Virus record (IMG/VR): IMGVR_UViG_2541047705_000012
Strand: one strand, 5' to 3'
DNA from: a virus
Lineage: Duplodnaviria > Heunggongvirae > Uroviricota > Caudoviricetes
DNA: 37,440 bases
In this document: positions 1-9,948 of the stretch, one piece after another
How positions within the stretch are numbered: position 1 is the stretch's first letter
Layout: the number at the start of each line of letters is the position of its first letter
Position numbers and translations under genes: made by a program
Notes under the pieces: model-generated
Databases searched by the model: none
The model's input: the letters and a program-made list of their open reading frames with translations, nothing else
What the model was told of the DNA's origin: nothing

Positions 1-26
1 GGTAGATCTCCCTGACAAAAGCAGGA

Positions 27-284
27 ATGATGCCATTTGCTCGTTATTTCTGCATTTTCATAAACGTTGGTTTGGGAGAAGGGGCTGAACTACATGTTGG
101 TGTCGCTGTTAACCAGACTTCTGATACGTCGCCCTGGGCGGGTCCTGGATGCAATGGTACTTCTTTGATTCCTGAAGATGACGGGGTACTCACAAAGACG
201 GATCCTGCAAATATATGCGGTGATGTACGTATGGAGTTAATGAGTGACTATGCTTATGGCCTCAGCGTTGCTACAAGGTGTTAG
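27..284 (+). CDS. Alternative side-tail-fibre C-terminal cassette (Sv-prime-like), promoterless in the current orientation; would be fused to the constant N-terminal part of the fibre gene after inversion
   Basis: Frame is open from position 6 through crossover site A to a stop at 282-284. Shares the LGLGEG, CNG and ELMSD motifs with the C-terminus of the minus-strand fibre ORF 1739-2284, and is in the same frame relative to the crossover core. Confidence 0.5.
   Translation: MMPFARYFCIFINVGLGEGAELHVGVAVNQTSDTSPWAGPGCNGTSLIPEDDGVLTKTDPANICGDVRMELMSDYAYGLSVATRC
55..80 (+). other. Serine-invertase (Hin/Gin/Pin/Cin family) crossover site A
   Basis: 26-bp site TTTTCATAAACG-TT-GGTTTGGGAGAA; half-sites resemble the hix/gix consensus TTATCAAAAACC; 20 of 21 bp identical in inverted orientation to 1980-2000. 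Confidence 0.6.
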
Positions 285-1738
285 ATTCTCTCAACACCAG
301 AGCCATCTGTAGGTACTATTAAGGTGCTGGTAGTTATCCTTCTGGTAACATTGACAGGCTCTGGTGCTAAATTTACTGATTCTGCAGGGTCTGACGCGAC
401 CGCGATTAGTTTTTTTGTCGCCATCAGTAATGACAATTCGGTGGCGTTTAAAGTGGACAAAACCCTGGTTGATACCCGTCCTCCAGACATCGGCGTTAAA
501 TAGTTAATGATTGCAGCATAATGGTGAAATCAATATTATTTACTCCCGTAGGTGCAACAAATGATGGGCAAGTATCGTTTCAAAACTATGAGGGTGAAGC
601 TCCGCTACATGATTATGTTTTTGATATTTCCAGTGAAATTTGTGAGGATTTCCTGGGTTTTTCTTGACAAGGGAAAGAAGGTGTAGATAACGGTGGAGGA
701 CGTCCCGGTCGTTCTGTTAATTCAACCTCATGAGAAGAGGAGGCAGTGCTGCCCGGTGAAATGATCTAAATCTCTTAAGCTGGAGAAGTAAATACAATCA
801 TAAAACCGGATCAGTGGCCTGGAAATGCAACTACTAGTCGTCTGATAGCCGAATACGTTGCACAGTATGGTGAGTAGCTGGTTTACCTGAACGCGGCGCA
901 ACTGATCGATGCTGCAGGCGCGGCAGAAGTACAGCGTCCGTCGCTGACTGCAGTTCCAATGGGATCCAACGCTGCGATTCACTTGAAATTGTAGCCCGCA
1001 CCGCGTCAAAGGCATGCAGAAACACCTCGAGTCGGCGTTTTTCTGGATGACTTAGACTCGGTCACGGCAGCAAATACCAGCACATCGGAGGAATGCAAGT
1101 GGTTGGAACTGCAGTCAGCGTATGACGTTGAACTTCTGCCGCATCGAAAGCATCGCCCTGTTCCGGCTCATCATCATTATCCCACTACTAATTATCCTGC
1201 GCCAGTTCCGCCGTTAACAGACGACCAGTAGCTGTTTTGTCGGGGTAATGACGGGTTGTTGTGAAGTTTTTGGCTTCTGCAGTCTCAGTTATATATTCGA
1301 TTTCACCGGTCTAGACCTGCTCCTATTTCCAAGGGTTTAGGTAAACAAACCAACCGGGCGCTCCTCCCGTGTCAGCTATACCTTGTGTCTCCTGTCAGGA
1401 AAGTCCCAGAAATTCCACATCTGTTTCACGGTTTTTTCCTATAATATAAATATAATGCGTAGTTGCACCATCATAGTTATGAACGAAAATTTCCCCTTAC
1501 AAAGTTTCAATTCGTCGTCTAAATAATACTGAGTTCACCATTATCCTGCAATGACGAAATATTTAACGCCAATGTCGCGTGGAAGGGCTTCGTTCGGGTT
1601 AATGTCGACTTTAAACGAAACCGACTGATTATCCCTGATGGTAGCAAAAAAGTAACTCCCGGTTGAGTATAACCCTATTGTATCAGTAAATTCAGCACCT
1701 TAGGCTGTCGTTGTTACCAGGGTGATAGCGCGCTCCAC
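285..1738. repeat. Two diverged homologous arms in inverted orientation (roughly 441-730 vs 1330-1618, and 920-959 vs 1103-1142), symmetric about position ~1030; fragmented ORFs, possibly decayed tail-fibre-assembly genes
   Basis: Reverse-complement alignment by eye gives about 75 percent identity with indels. Some differences are synonymous (VQRPSL vs VQRHTL), implying former coding sequence. Neither arm has an ORF of 60 aa or more in the expected orientation. Confidence 0.45.
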
Positions 1739-2284
1739 CTAAAAAGGAACTACAAATGGCAATGTTGTTGACGGCACATAACGCTTTGTAGAAACGGCGA
1801 TCGCATCATCCTTGTCACTCATTAACTCCACCCCTAAATGGCCCATTATATTTGCAGTATAAACCTGAATGAGTACCCGGTATGCTTGAGCAGTCAAAGC
1901 CGCTCCATTGCATTCAGGCACCCCTGTGGACGACATAGCAGGGGGTTGGGGTTCCGCGTTACCAACATTCAATTTAGAGCCTTCTCCCAAACCAAGGTTT
2001 TCGAGAGCCGTTTTCACCGTGCCGTCCGATTTGATATCGCTAAACGGATTCTTGCGGCTTAACAGCAGCGCACGAAGCGCGGTAAGCAGCTGGTCGTGCC
2101 GCGCCTTCTCCAGACTGGCACCGGATGCCTCCACCACGCTGCAGAGTTCTTCCTGCAACATGTCAAAGTAGTCATCATCCAGATCGGTGGCAGGCGTGCC
2201 TGTCTGGGGGTTACCACGGGTAAAACCGTTCTTACCCGCGCCGAACTTATCCTTCTGCGCGGTTTTCGTGTCTATACGATGCAT
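1739..2284 (-). CDS. Side tail fibre protein (e14 StfP-like), currently expressed orientation; constant N-terminal part outside and variable C-terminal part inside the invertible segment
   Basis: 181-aa ORF directly downstream of the gp48/YmfQ-like gene; [11 protein letters not shown] motif typical of short side tail fibres; crossover site B lies inside the coding sequence at the LGLGEG motif. Confidence 0.65.
   Translation of the reverse strand: MHRIDTKTAQKDKFGAGKNGFTRGNPQTGTPATDLDDDYFDMLQEELCSVVEASGASLEKARHDQLLTALRALLLSRKNPFSDIKSDGTVKTALENLGLGEGSKLNVGNAEPQPPAMSSTGVPECNGAALTAQAYRVLIQVYTANIMGHLGVELMSDKDDAIAVSTKRYVPSTTLPFVVPF
1982..2007 (-). other. Serine-invertase crossover site B, inverted relative to site A
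   Basis: Minus-strand sequence CTCTCGAAAACC-TT-GGTTTGGGAGAA; close match to hixL core GAAAACC-NN-GGTTT. Confidence 0.6.
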
Positions 2285-2287
2285 GGA

Positions 2288-2872
2288 TTACTCCGGATAT
2301 TTAAAAATTACGTAGGTATGCGAAGGGCAGAGTTTGTTAAGCACACATTCGACGACGGTGTCGCCCCAGATACGCAGCGCGGAATCACAGGGATCGCCAC
2401 ATGTCATCCAGGTGCTGTTGGTGGCGGCTGGCATGTTGACCTGCCAGTAATACCGCCATTCCGGCGCATTCACCGCGTCAGTACAGGCCGATGAGCAGGT
2501 GAACGTGCTTTTGTCGTATCGCGTGATGGTGGCGTCTGGTCTGCCCAGGGCAGCAAGCTGTGCAAGGTAAAAATCCTCATTGATGCCGCCCGCCAGGTTA
2601 ACCTTCGCATCCAGTCGTTGCTGACGCTGGCGAAGGGTCTGTGTTCCTGCGGGAATACATTCATCCGGCAGGCCGCACAGACGCTCCCAGCGATTTATCA
2701 GTTCGGTGGTGGTGCGCGGATCCAGCTCCCGCATCAGGGCATCCGCACGCTGATGAACGCGGGTTAATGACTGTGCCGCACCGGCAATCGCCGGATCGCT
2801 GGCTGACCACGCCGGACCGGGCGGCAGCAGTGCCGACAACAGACGGATGTAATCATCGTTTGTCACGCCCAT
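2288..2872 (-). CDS. Mu gp48-like baseplate/tail protein (YmfQ, DUF2313 family)
   Basis: 194-aa ORF between the baseplate J-like gene and the tail fibre gene; sequence recalled as YmfQ-like. Confidence 0.7.
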   Translation of the reverse strand: MGVTNDDYIRLLSALLPPGPAWSASDPAIAGAAQSLTRVHQRADALMRELDPRTTTELINRWERLCGLPDECIPAGTQTLRQRQQRLDAKVNLAGGINEDFYLAQLAALGRPDATITRYDKSTFTCSSACTDAVNAPEWRYYWQVNMPAATNSTWMTCGDPCDSALRIWGDTVVECVLNKLCPSHTYVIFKYPE

Positions 2873-3921
2873 GAAATCGTCCCCAGAACCGCCAGTTCAT
2901 TTTTTGCAATGGAGATATTTTCCGCCGGTGCAAGCAATTGATGGCTGTATTCCCCGTTCGCACCGGAAATCGCTTCACTGATACGCGACACCTTCAGTTC
3001 TCCCTGCGGATAACCATCACGCAGCAGGAACGAACGCAACTCCGCGGTGATGGCAGCCCGTATTTCCGGTGTATCCGGCGTCACACGGATATGAAAATCC
3101 ACCGTATGCGCCACCGGCCTGAACACATACAAATCAGAGCCTGCCACCGGGGCCAGTGGCCCGATATGTTGTCTTGCCGCCGTTTCCGTTGATTCTTCCG
3201 GAATGGGATTAATCAGGTCACTGCTGGCAATCATCACACCGACAGTCCCCGTTCCCATCCAGTGACGGTATGCCCATGCGCGGGTAATGCCGGGCAATTC
3301 TTTAGCCCAGACAACATAGTCCCCGTCAGCCCCGCCCTGAGGCGTCCAGTAATACCGCTCAATGACGCGGGCGCGCCACGTTTCCAGCTCTTCAGTATCA
3401 AATCCACCTGTCAGAGTGTCTGCCACGCCGGAAGACGGCAGACCATTAACCGGCGTGACCAGGATTAATGACGTACCGTCGTCAGCGTTACCGACCGCGC
3501 CTGCACTTGAGCAGGCGATCGGCACGCGCAGGACACCACCGGCGCTGGTTGCATCGGCAGTTGCCGTGTACTGAATCAGGTCATCGCGCTGAATAACACT
3601 CCCGGCGGTCACCTTCAGGCCATCGCTGACGCCTTCCCAGCGCATATACCCGCTGGCAGTCGTGGCCCCCTTGCGCGGACACCGTTTCATCGCAGCATGT
3701 CGCGCCAGCCAGGACTCATCGCACAGGTCAGGCAGCATGTTCATTGCCAGATAATCGATGTACCCGTAAACCGTATGCAGCGCCGCCGCATACACCTTTG
3801 CCCGCACGTCTTCATCCATGCGCCGGAGCGTGTCGCTGACGTCCAGCCTGGCGAATAAATCGTTACGGAGCATACTGATATTTTCTGCCAGCGTCGGGCG
3901 CTGAAATTCACTGTCCGCCAT
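2863..3921 (-). CDS. Baseplate J-like protein (Mu gp47 / P2 gpJ family)
   Basis: 352-aa ORF in the conserved Mu-like baseplate gene order. Confidence 0.8.
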   Translation of the reverse strand: MADSEFQRPTLAENISMLRNDLFARLDVSDTLRRMDEDVRAKVYAAALHTVYGYIDYLAMNMLPDLCDESWLARHAAMKRCPRKGATTASGYMRWEGVSDGLKVTAGSVIQRDDLIQYTATADATSAGGVLRVPIACSSAGAVGNADDGTSLILVTPVNGLPSSGVADTLTGGFDTEELETWRARVIERYYWTPQGGADGDYVVWAKELPGITRAWAYRHWMGTGTVGVMIASSDLINPIPEESTETAARQHIGPLAPVAGSDLYVFRPVAHTVDFHIRVTPDTPEIRAAITAELRSFLLRDGYPQGELKVSRISEAISGANGEYSHQLLAPAENISIAKNELAVLGTISWA

Positions 3922-4336
3922 GCGTTATCGCACTCCACAGATCATCTAAAGAAATCATTACCGGTCCGTCACGACGCCAGAGAGTGATACTGTTACCCAG
4001 TTCATTAATCCCGGTGCGGAGGATATCCAGATCAATACGGGACACCACGCCGTCATCAATCATCCATTGCAGGCATTCGCGGATATACCCCCTTACCGTC
4101 TGCACCAGCTGATTGGTCAGTTTGCTGCGCTGAAGCAGCCACAGTCGGGAGCCGTAACGGTCATTCTGTACCGCAGGCCAGGTATCCCCCCACCATCCCA
4201 TCGGGACGTCGGCGTTGTCATCAGGCTCCGCCCGCCGCCAGGTAAACAGGGAAATCACCACGGCGCGGGTCAGCGGATCCAGCGGTGCGCTGGCGCAGGT
4301 GCGTTTACCGTTCACCGTCAGCCACAGTTCCATCAT
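3908..4336 (-). CDS. Mu gp46-like baseplate protein (GP46 family)
   Basis: 142-aa ORF overlapping its neighbours by a few codons, in the gp45-gp47 order. Confidence 0.65.
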   Translation of the reverse strand: MMELWLTVNGKRTCASAPLDPLTRAVVISLFTWRRAEPDDNADVPMGWWGDTWPAVQNDRYGSRLWLLQRSKLTNQLVQTVRGYIRECLQWMIDDGVVSRIDLDILRTGINELGNSITLWRRDGPVMISLDDLWSAITHGGQ

Positions 4337-4881
4337 GCCTCCATCGCTTTATCAGGTTTGTCGGTGTTACTGCCCTGACCGTTCTCTCTGTGACGATGCC
4401 CGTTATAGGCAAGCCGCATCGCTGACATGGTGGTGCCGCTGGAGTCGCACAGGTCTTTCACCTGTCCTGTCACTTCCAGGTCCATTTCAAAACGTGCTTC
4501 AGGTGCATTGCGAAACGTGATCGTTTTACCTGCACCGTCCACCACGATCCCCTCCCGGGTCAGCGTCACAGACTGCCCCTGATCGTCATAGACCGCCACC
4601 TCACCCGTCTGCAGCCCTTTCAGGCGGTAGCGCCGGTCCGACACCGTAACAACCACCGCATGAGAACGGTCACCATCCGGAAACAACACCACCGCTTCCG
4701 CACCGCTGTTTGCCCTTGCGGTAAAACCGTAGGGTTCAAGATGTTCAACCCCGGCTTTGGGTTCACCGGCAATCAGGGACACATCCACGGTCTGACATTT
4801 CGTGGCGGCACTGATGCTTTTCACCACTGCCCGCCCAATCAGGCCGAGGAGTTGTCGCTGCATGGCTTCAATCGTACTCAT
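4333..4881 (-). CDS. Baseplate assembly protein V / spike (Mu gp45-like)
   Basis: 182-aa ORF; position and size in the Mu-like baseplate module. Confidence 0.7.
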   Translation of the reverse strand: MSTIEAMQRQLLGLIGRAVVKSISAATKCQTVDVSLIAGEPKAGVEHLEPYGFTARANSGAEAVVLFPDGDRSHAVVVTVSDRRYRLKGLQTGEVAVYDDQGQSVTLTREGIVVDGAGKTITFRNAPEARFEMDLEVTGQVKDLCDSSGTTMSAMRLAYNGHRHRENGQGSNTDKPDKAMEA

Positions 4882-5960
4882 CAGAACGGGTCCTCCTGTA
4901 CTCTGGCTTTTTTCTTTTTCCGCGCGCCGGGGGCTTCGGGTTCAGGCAGATAAGCATCAGGTGGGCCGACACGGATTTCCGTCAGGGTGCCGTTCTGGTC
5001 CTGAGTAAACGTGACTTCCGAGACAAGCAGTTCGGTATTGTCGAAACCACAGACCGGATCGAAGACAATCACCCGCTGGTTGGGCTGCCACAGCGTACCG
5101 TTACCCTGTCGCCAGCCCTGCACCACATAGGTGGTTTCATCCGTCCGCGCCGCCCGTTGTCGGGCTTCAAAGTCAGCACGCGCAATACAGCCTGCCCCCG
5201 TAGCCTGCCCTGTCTGCCTGATATACATCGGACGGTAACGGGCAATAAATGCGTCCTCTGTGCGGGCCCGCAGCGCGCTGGTGGTGGCCTCACCGAAATC
5301 ATCGTCGTTTCCAGCACGCTGCCCCGCCACCTGGTAAACAGAAAACCGCTCCCGGATACTCTTCTCCGTATCGCAGGAAAGGATGTTTTCCCCGAGTACC
5401 AGCGCAGTATGTGCCCGCGTTGAGCCAATACCGCCAATCACCAGCCTGCCGTGTGGGTCGTCGTAAGCCAGTGCCTGCTGCTGACCGAGTATTTTGTTGA
5501 TTACCTCAATCACCGTTTCACCGTGATCGGGCTGGACGTCAGGAATAACACCCGACGGCGCACCGTTGTTCACCACCTCAATGCCGAAAGGCGCAGCAAG
5601 CGCCTGCGCAATCTGTACCAGCGATCGTCCGTTAAACTGTGTCGGTTCGGCTGCACAGTCAATCAGGTCAGCGGTCAGACTGCGTCCGGCAATACCGGTG
5701 CTGACCGAACGGGCATCGTAACGAACGGGCGTCGCCTCCACCCAGCCGGTGATCACCAGCTCATCACCAATCAGCACCTCCACTTTTGAACCGTTTTTAA
5801 TGCGCGGCTGAAGCGTGGTGATACCCTCATCACCCGGCCACTGGCGGGTGATCTCCACACTGAAATCCCGCGCCAGCCGTTCAATACCGGCACCGATGCG
5901 CACCGATGTCCAGCCATTCCACTCCCGGCCATTTACCCGTAGCGTGACGTTATCGTTCAT
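4881..5960 (-). CDS. Baseplate hub protein (Mu gp44 / P2 gpD-like)
   Basis: 359-aa ORF immediately downstream of the DNA circulation gene. Confidence 0.65.
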   Translation of the reverse strand: MNDNVTLRVNGREWNGWTSVRIGAGIERLARDFSVEITRQWPGDEGITTLQPRIKNGSKVEVLIGDELVITGWVEATPVRYDARSVSTGIAGRSLTADLIDCAAEPTQFNGRSLVQIAQALAAPFGIEVVNNGAPSGVIPDVQPDHGETVIEVINKILGQQQALAYDDPHGRLVIGGIGSTRAHTALVLGENILSCDTEKSIRERFSVYQVAGQRAGNDDDFGEATTSALRARTEDAFIARYRPMYIRQTGQATGAGCIARADFEARQRAARTDETTYVVQGWRQGNGTLWQPNQRVIVFDPVCGFDNTELLVSEVTFTQDQNGTLTEIRVGPPDAYLPEPEAPGARKKKKARVQEDPF

Positions 5961-7327
5961 TGCACTGGCACCTTCAGAGGGATCACCGGCACAAAGCCGG
6001 GATGCGTAATGGCATTACGCCGGATAATGTCCGCGTCACGCGCCGCGTTATCAAACCAGGTCGCCGCCAGCACCAGCGCGGGTAAAACCTCATCCGGTGT
6101 GCGCTGAATGATCCGTGCAGACTGTTCAAGGCGCGTGTTGATATCCGCATTCAGATCTGCTTTCACCCGGCGCAGCGCCAGAAACAGCACATCACTGGTT
6201 GTACGGGACAACTCCTTATCAATTGCCGTATTCAGTGTGTCGCGAATGTCGGTCAGTTCTTCCCACGTTGGCAGGTCAACCGTGTTTTTCACCGCCGGTG
6301 CATTGTTCAGTGCCGGATGCGTGACAGAAGGCCAGCCGGTGCTCTGCGCGGGTGTTGTTGACTGCCCCACTGTGGCATTCTGCATCACCGCGGAAGTTGT
6401 GGGCGCAGGCAATCGTGTGACGGCATACGCCGCTTCGCTGATTGCGGTCGTACGAAGGGTGCTGGCAACCACGTTACGCTGCTGCGTCGCCGTGGCGGTG
6501 GTTTTACTGTCCGTTTTCCAGACGCCGCGCGGTTGCAGATCGCTGCCGAGGCTGACACCGGAAAGCGTTTTGATCATGGTGACCAGGTCGCTGGCGTTAC
6601 CATAAAGGCGTTTCCCGGTACGCCACATTTTCTGCACCTGCTCAACGAAATTTTTGCCTGACGATGGCGGCGGCAGAAGTACCGAGATATCCCCCTGCAA
6701 CAGCCTGGCGGCATCCGATACGGCAGAATCCACCACTTTCATCGCATCAGAAACATACCCAAGCATTGTGCTGGCATTACCGACGACGTCGTTCTGCACA
6801 AAATCTGCCACGCCATCGATACTGAAACCACTGAAGCTGTCACTGATGCAGTCATCCAGTGCAGAACAGGATGACATCAGCGTCTGCGCCGTCGCCGCAC
6901 CTGAAGTGGGGTAAGAGAGTTCTCCCGCTTCGACAAACTTCAGGTCAAAGCGGACAATACGCCCTTCACTCTTCGATGTGCTGACCCGAACTTCCCCGTC
7001 AACACAGACTTTCAGCTCACCGTAAGTCGGATGGACAAGCGTGCCGGGACCGGGTTTATTCAGCGCGTCAATCAGGCGATCGCGCTGGTCAAAGCAGTCA
7101 TCTCCCACCACATAAGCTGTGATGGACGGGCGGAAAGTGATTTTCCCCAGGTCTTCGGTATAGGGTTTGTCGCGGTTCGGGTATTCGTGCGTTTCCACAC
7201 GACGACCGGTTCCCGCACTTTCTTCTTCAACCTTAAACGGCACACCGCGAAATGACGCGTCCTGAAGTCTGTCTTTCCACGTCATATAAACTCCGTACAT
7301 AAAAAATCCCACCGGAGTGGGACTCAT
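5957..7327 (-). CDS. DNA circulation protein (Mu gp43-like)
   Basis: 456-aa ORF directly after the tape measure gene; N-terminal domain resembles Mu gp43. Confidence 0.75.
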   Translation of the reverse strand: MSPTPVGFFMYGVYMTWKDRLQDASFRGVPFKVEEESAGTGRRVETHEYPNRDKPYTEDLGKITFRPSITAYVVGDDCFDQRDRLIDALNKPGPGTLVHPTYGELKVCVDGEVRVSTSKSEGRIVRFDLKFVEAGELSYPTSGAATAQTLMSSCSALDDCISDSFSGFSIDGVADFVQNDVVGNASTMLGYVSDAMKVVDSAVSDAARLLQGDISVLLPPPSSGKNFVEQVQKMWRTGKRLYGNASDLVTMIKTLSGVSLGSDLQPRGVWKTDSKTTATATQQRNVVASTLRTTAISEAAYAVTRLPAPTTSAVMQNATVGQSTTPAQSTGWPSVTHPALNNAPAVKNTVDLPTWEELTDIRDTLNTAIDKELSRTTSDVLFLALRRVKADLNADINTRLEQSARIIQRTPDEVLPALVLAATWFDNAARDADIIRRNAITHPGFVPVIPLKVPVQ

Positions 7328-7345
7328 TAACAGATTAATTTTTCA

Positions 7346-9181
7346 TTACCTGCCAAAGCGCGTATAGCCAACATCATGGCTGACATCAAAACCGCTGGAT
7401 CGCGTTTCCATAACCCGCATACCCGGAGGTGAATTCACAAAAGAGACCTTGATCTCACCATCAACTTTTGGCGCAGAAGCTTTGTTAATCATGAAGGGAT
7501 TCGGGCCTGTGGCACCGGAGGCGTTGTTTGACTGAGCCGGATCCACCGCCTGATAAGGTGTGTATCCCCGTGCCGGTATTCCCGTCCCATAAGCATCATA
7601 AGCACCCGCGCCCCACTGCGCAGAGTTAATGGCATCGACCGTGTCACCGGAACTGTCGGTAAACCACTCAATAATTGGCTTCAGCTTGTCCCACATATCC
7701 TGAAACCACTTAACAACCGGTCCCCAGTTATTGATTACCATCCCCAGCGGCGACCAGGCAAAAACCTTCTTCAGAAGTTCCCGGCCAGCCTCAAAATAAG
7801 GACCAATGGTTTCCCAGAGCTTCTTGAAATAAGGTCCGACAACATCCCAGTTAGTGATAATTAATCCCGCAGCCAGGGCTATCGCCGTCGCAATCATGCC
7901 AATCGGCGTCATCGACATGATCCTGCTGACAATACTGATGGCACCGCCAACGCCCATCAATCCCAGTTTCAGAATCGCAAGACCGGCAGCAAGCCCGACG
8001 ACGCCGCGAATAACCCGGGGATTTTCATCCGCAAACTTCGTGAATTTCTCCCCCAACTCCCCCAGCCATTGCGTGATATTTTTAGCGTCACCAGAAAATG
8101 CGCCGCCAATAGCCGCAAGGCCGTTAGTTGCGGTCCCTGTCATTGCCTCCCACAGGTTGGACAGCGTACCAAGCTGTGCCTGAACACGTTTATTCAGACT
8201 GGCCTGTTTATTCATCTTCTGCTGGATCTGGTCGTAGCCATCCTTTCCTTTATCGATTAGTGCATTGACCACCTGAAGGGTTTCGGCATCATCACCAAAT
8301 ATTGCCTTAAGTACACCAGTTCGCTTAACGTCGGTCAGTTTTCGCAGCTTTGCCAGTTGCCTGAACATGTTATCAAGACCGCCAAAACTCCCTTTGCCGT
8401 CAGTAAAATCGAGCTGTACCCCGAGTTTCTGGCGGGCCATGACTTTATTGACGTCCCTGATTTTCTTAACGCTTAATCCGGACTGGATAACTTTTCGCAG
8501 GGCGTTACCTGCCGACTCCCCGTTCATCCCCATCTGATCCATCATGACGCTGATGGGGGCAAGGCTCTGTGCAGCCTGAAGACCGTCCTTGTTCACCATC
8601 TTCAGAACAGAGCTGGTTTTAGTGAAGAAGGACAACATGTTGGTATCGTCAACGCCCAGATAAAACGCCTTCTGGATAGTGTCGAACAGCCCCATCATGT
8701 CTTCTGACGCCGTTCCGGTAGCATCCTGCATCTTTGCGGCAAACTCGGCAGCCGCTTCCGGTGTTTTTTTCAGTTGTACCGCAAGATAAGCTGTCGCTTT
8801 ACCCACACCGCCAAGAATGTTTTCTGCCGGGATCCCCTGACGCACCAGCATCTGCATCATGTTCTGGAAATCAGCCGTTGTACCGGGTAGCTGGTTACCC
8901 AGACCAATAGCCAGTTTATTGATGTCCTGAAAGCGCTTTCCGACCTCACCGTTCGCATCCATCATGGCAACTTTCAGCCCGGTGGCGGCGTTTTCCTGAT
9001 CGGCATAAGATTTCAGGGAAAGCGTCAGACCCGCAGCCAGTCCGCCACCAAGCGCCAGCCCACCCTGTGACGCTTCTTCCGCCTGGCGTTTAAATCCCCG
9101 GATTTTCTTTTGCATTTTCGACAGCGCGGGAGAAAGCCTGTCGACACCGGTGATCAACGCCTTAAGCTCAAATTCAGCCAT
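7346..9181 (-). CDS. Tail tape measure protein
   Basis: 611-aa ORF, Ala/Gly-rich with a C-terminal hydrophobic region, located after the frameshifted chaperone pair. Confidence 0.85.
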   Translation of the reverse strand: MAEFELKALITGVDRLSPALSKMQKKIRGFKRQAEEASQGGLALGGGLAAGLTLSLKSYADQENAATGLKVAMMDANGEVGKRFQDINKLAIGLGNQLPGTTADFQNMMQMLVRQGIPAENILGGVGKATAYLAVQLKKTPEAAAEFAAKMQDATGTASEDMMGLFDTIQKAFYLGVDDTNMLSFFTKTSSVLKMVNKDGLQAAQSLAPISVMMDQMGMNGESAGNALRKVIQSGLSVKKIRDVNKVMARQKLGVQLDFTDGKGSFGGLDNMFRQLAKLRKLTDVKRTGVLKAIFGDDAETLQVVNALIDKGKDGYDQIQQKMNKQASLNKRVQAQLGTLSNLWEAMTGTATNGLAAIGGAFSGDAKNITQWLGELGEKFTKFADENPRVIRGVVGLAAGLAILKLGLMGVGGAISIVSRIMSMTPIGMIATAIALAAGLIITNWDVVGPYFKKLWETIGPYFEAGRELLKKVFAWSPLGMVINNWGPVVKWFQDMWDKLKPIIEWFTDSSGDTVDAINSAQWGAGAYDAYGTGIPARGYTPYQAVDPAQSNNASGATGPNPFMINKASAPKVDGEIKVSFVNSPPGMRVMETRSSGFDVSHDVGYTRFGR

Positions 9182-9356
9182 GTGTGCGTTTCTCCTGCTC
9201 TATCCTGTTTGCCTGACTGACCAGCAAGGGAATTTCACTGATCGGCATATTCAGCAATTCGAAGGGATTAATGCGCCAGTAGCTGGCGCAGTCAAAGAAG
9301 CGATCAGTGAGGTATTCAGCCGTCAGGCCTGGAGGAAAAAACCAGCCACAAGCCAC
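9174..9356 (-). CDS. Minus-1 frame extension of the tail assembly chaperone (fusion product analogous to lambda G/GT or P2 E/E+E-prime)
   Basis: ORF in the -1 frame overlapping the 3-prime end of the chaperone gene and ending at the tape measure start; slippery T TTT TTC at 9335-9341. Confidence 0.55.
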   Translation of the reverse strand: MACGWFFPPGLTAEYLTDRFFDCASYWRINPFELLNMPISEIPLLVSQANRIEQEKRTHG

Positions 9357-9592
9357 GCCGCAGCATTCAGGTCTGCCGGAGACATCTGGTCGACAGAGTT
9401 TTGCGGCACTTTCGCCAGCCGCACAATGTATTTCGATACCACATGCGCCAGAAGTCTGACGGACTCATCCTGATTCATCTGGTAGGGATACCCCAGCTCG
9501 CGGACATCTTTCCCGGTGGGCTCATCAAACTCCAGTACGGAGAGTGTCTCGCCATGAGCGGTAATCGGTTTCTTTAACTCAAGCTCTTTCAT
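9323..9592 (-). CDS. Tail assembly chaperone
   Basis: 89-aa acidic ORF between the tube and tape measure genes. Confidence 0.65.
   Translation of the reverse strand: MKELELKKPITAHGETLSVLEFDEPTGKDVRELGYPYQMNQDESVRLLAHVVSKYIVRLAKVPQNSVDQMSPADLNAAAWLVAGFFLQA
9335..9341 (-). other. Programmed -1 ribosomal frameshift slippery heptamer (T TTT TTC)
   Basis: Run of six T on the minus strand 12 nt before the chaperone stop; a -1 slip gives ...AGFF-PPGLTAEY..., continuous with ORF 9174-9356. Confidence 0.5.
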
Positions 9593-9948
9593 TACTGGTA
9601 ATCCCCTTCTTCACCGTGGAACTCAAGATCAACCGTCCCTTCTTCGGCATTATGGTTCGCTTCGCCGTGCAGCCAGGCAGACGACAGTACATAGACCTGA
9701 CCGTTCGCCAGCTCGGCAGTGATGGTCATCTCATCAGACGAGGTGATTTTGCTCACCGGAAAATTCTTCGGCACCTTGAAGGTCCCTTTAACATAAGGCG
9801 CACGGTGAGTTTCCTTGCGGTCCACTGAACCGTCCAGGCCGATGATGTCATCATTGACCGTCCTGTTCATGGGCACCTCAATGCCGCCGGTCAGCGATAG
9901 CTGCTGACCGTCAATTTTGAAATAACAGGTTCCCCCGATACGGGCCAT
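9592..9948 (-). CDS. Tail tube protein (Mu gpM-like)
   Basis: 118-aa ORF immediately downstream of the sheath gene. Confidence 0.7.
   Translation of the reverse strand: MARIGGTCYFKIDGQQLSLTGGIEVPMNRTVNDDIIGLDGSVDRKETHRAPYVKGTFKVPKNFPVSKITSSDEMTITAELANGQVYVLSSAWLHGEANHNAEEGTVDLEFHGEEGDYQ

Noticed and set aside
728-1025. Minus-strand ORFs 728-1015 and 834-1025 inside the invertible segment
   Set aside because: They are antisense to the homology-supported coding remnants of the plus-strand arm and span the symmetry centre; most likely spurious.
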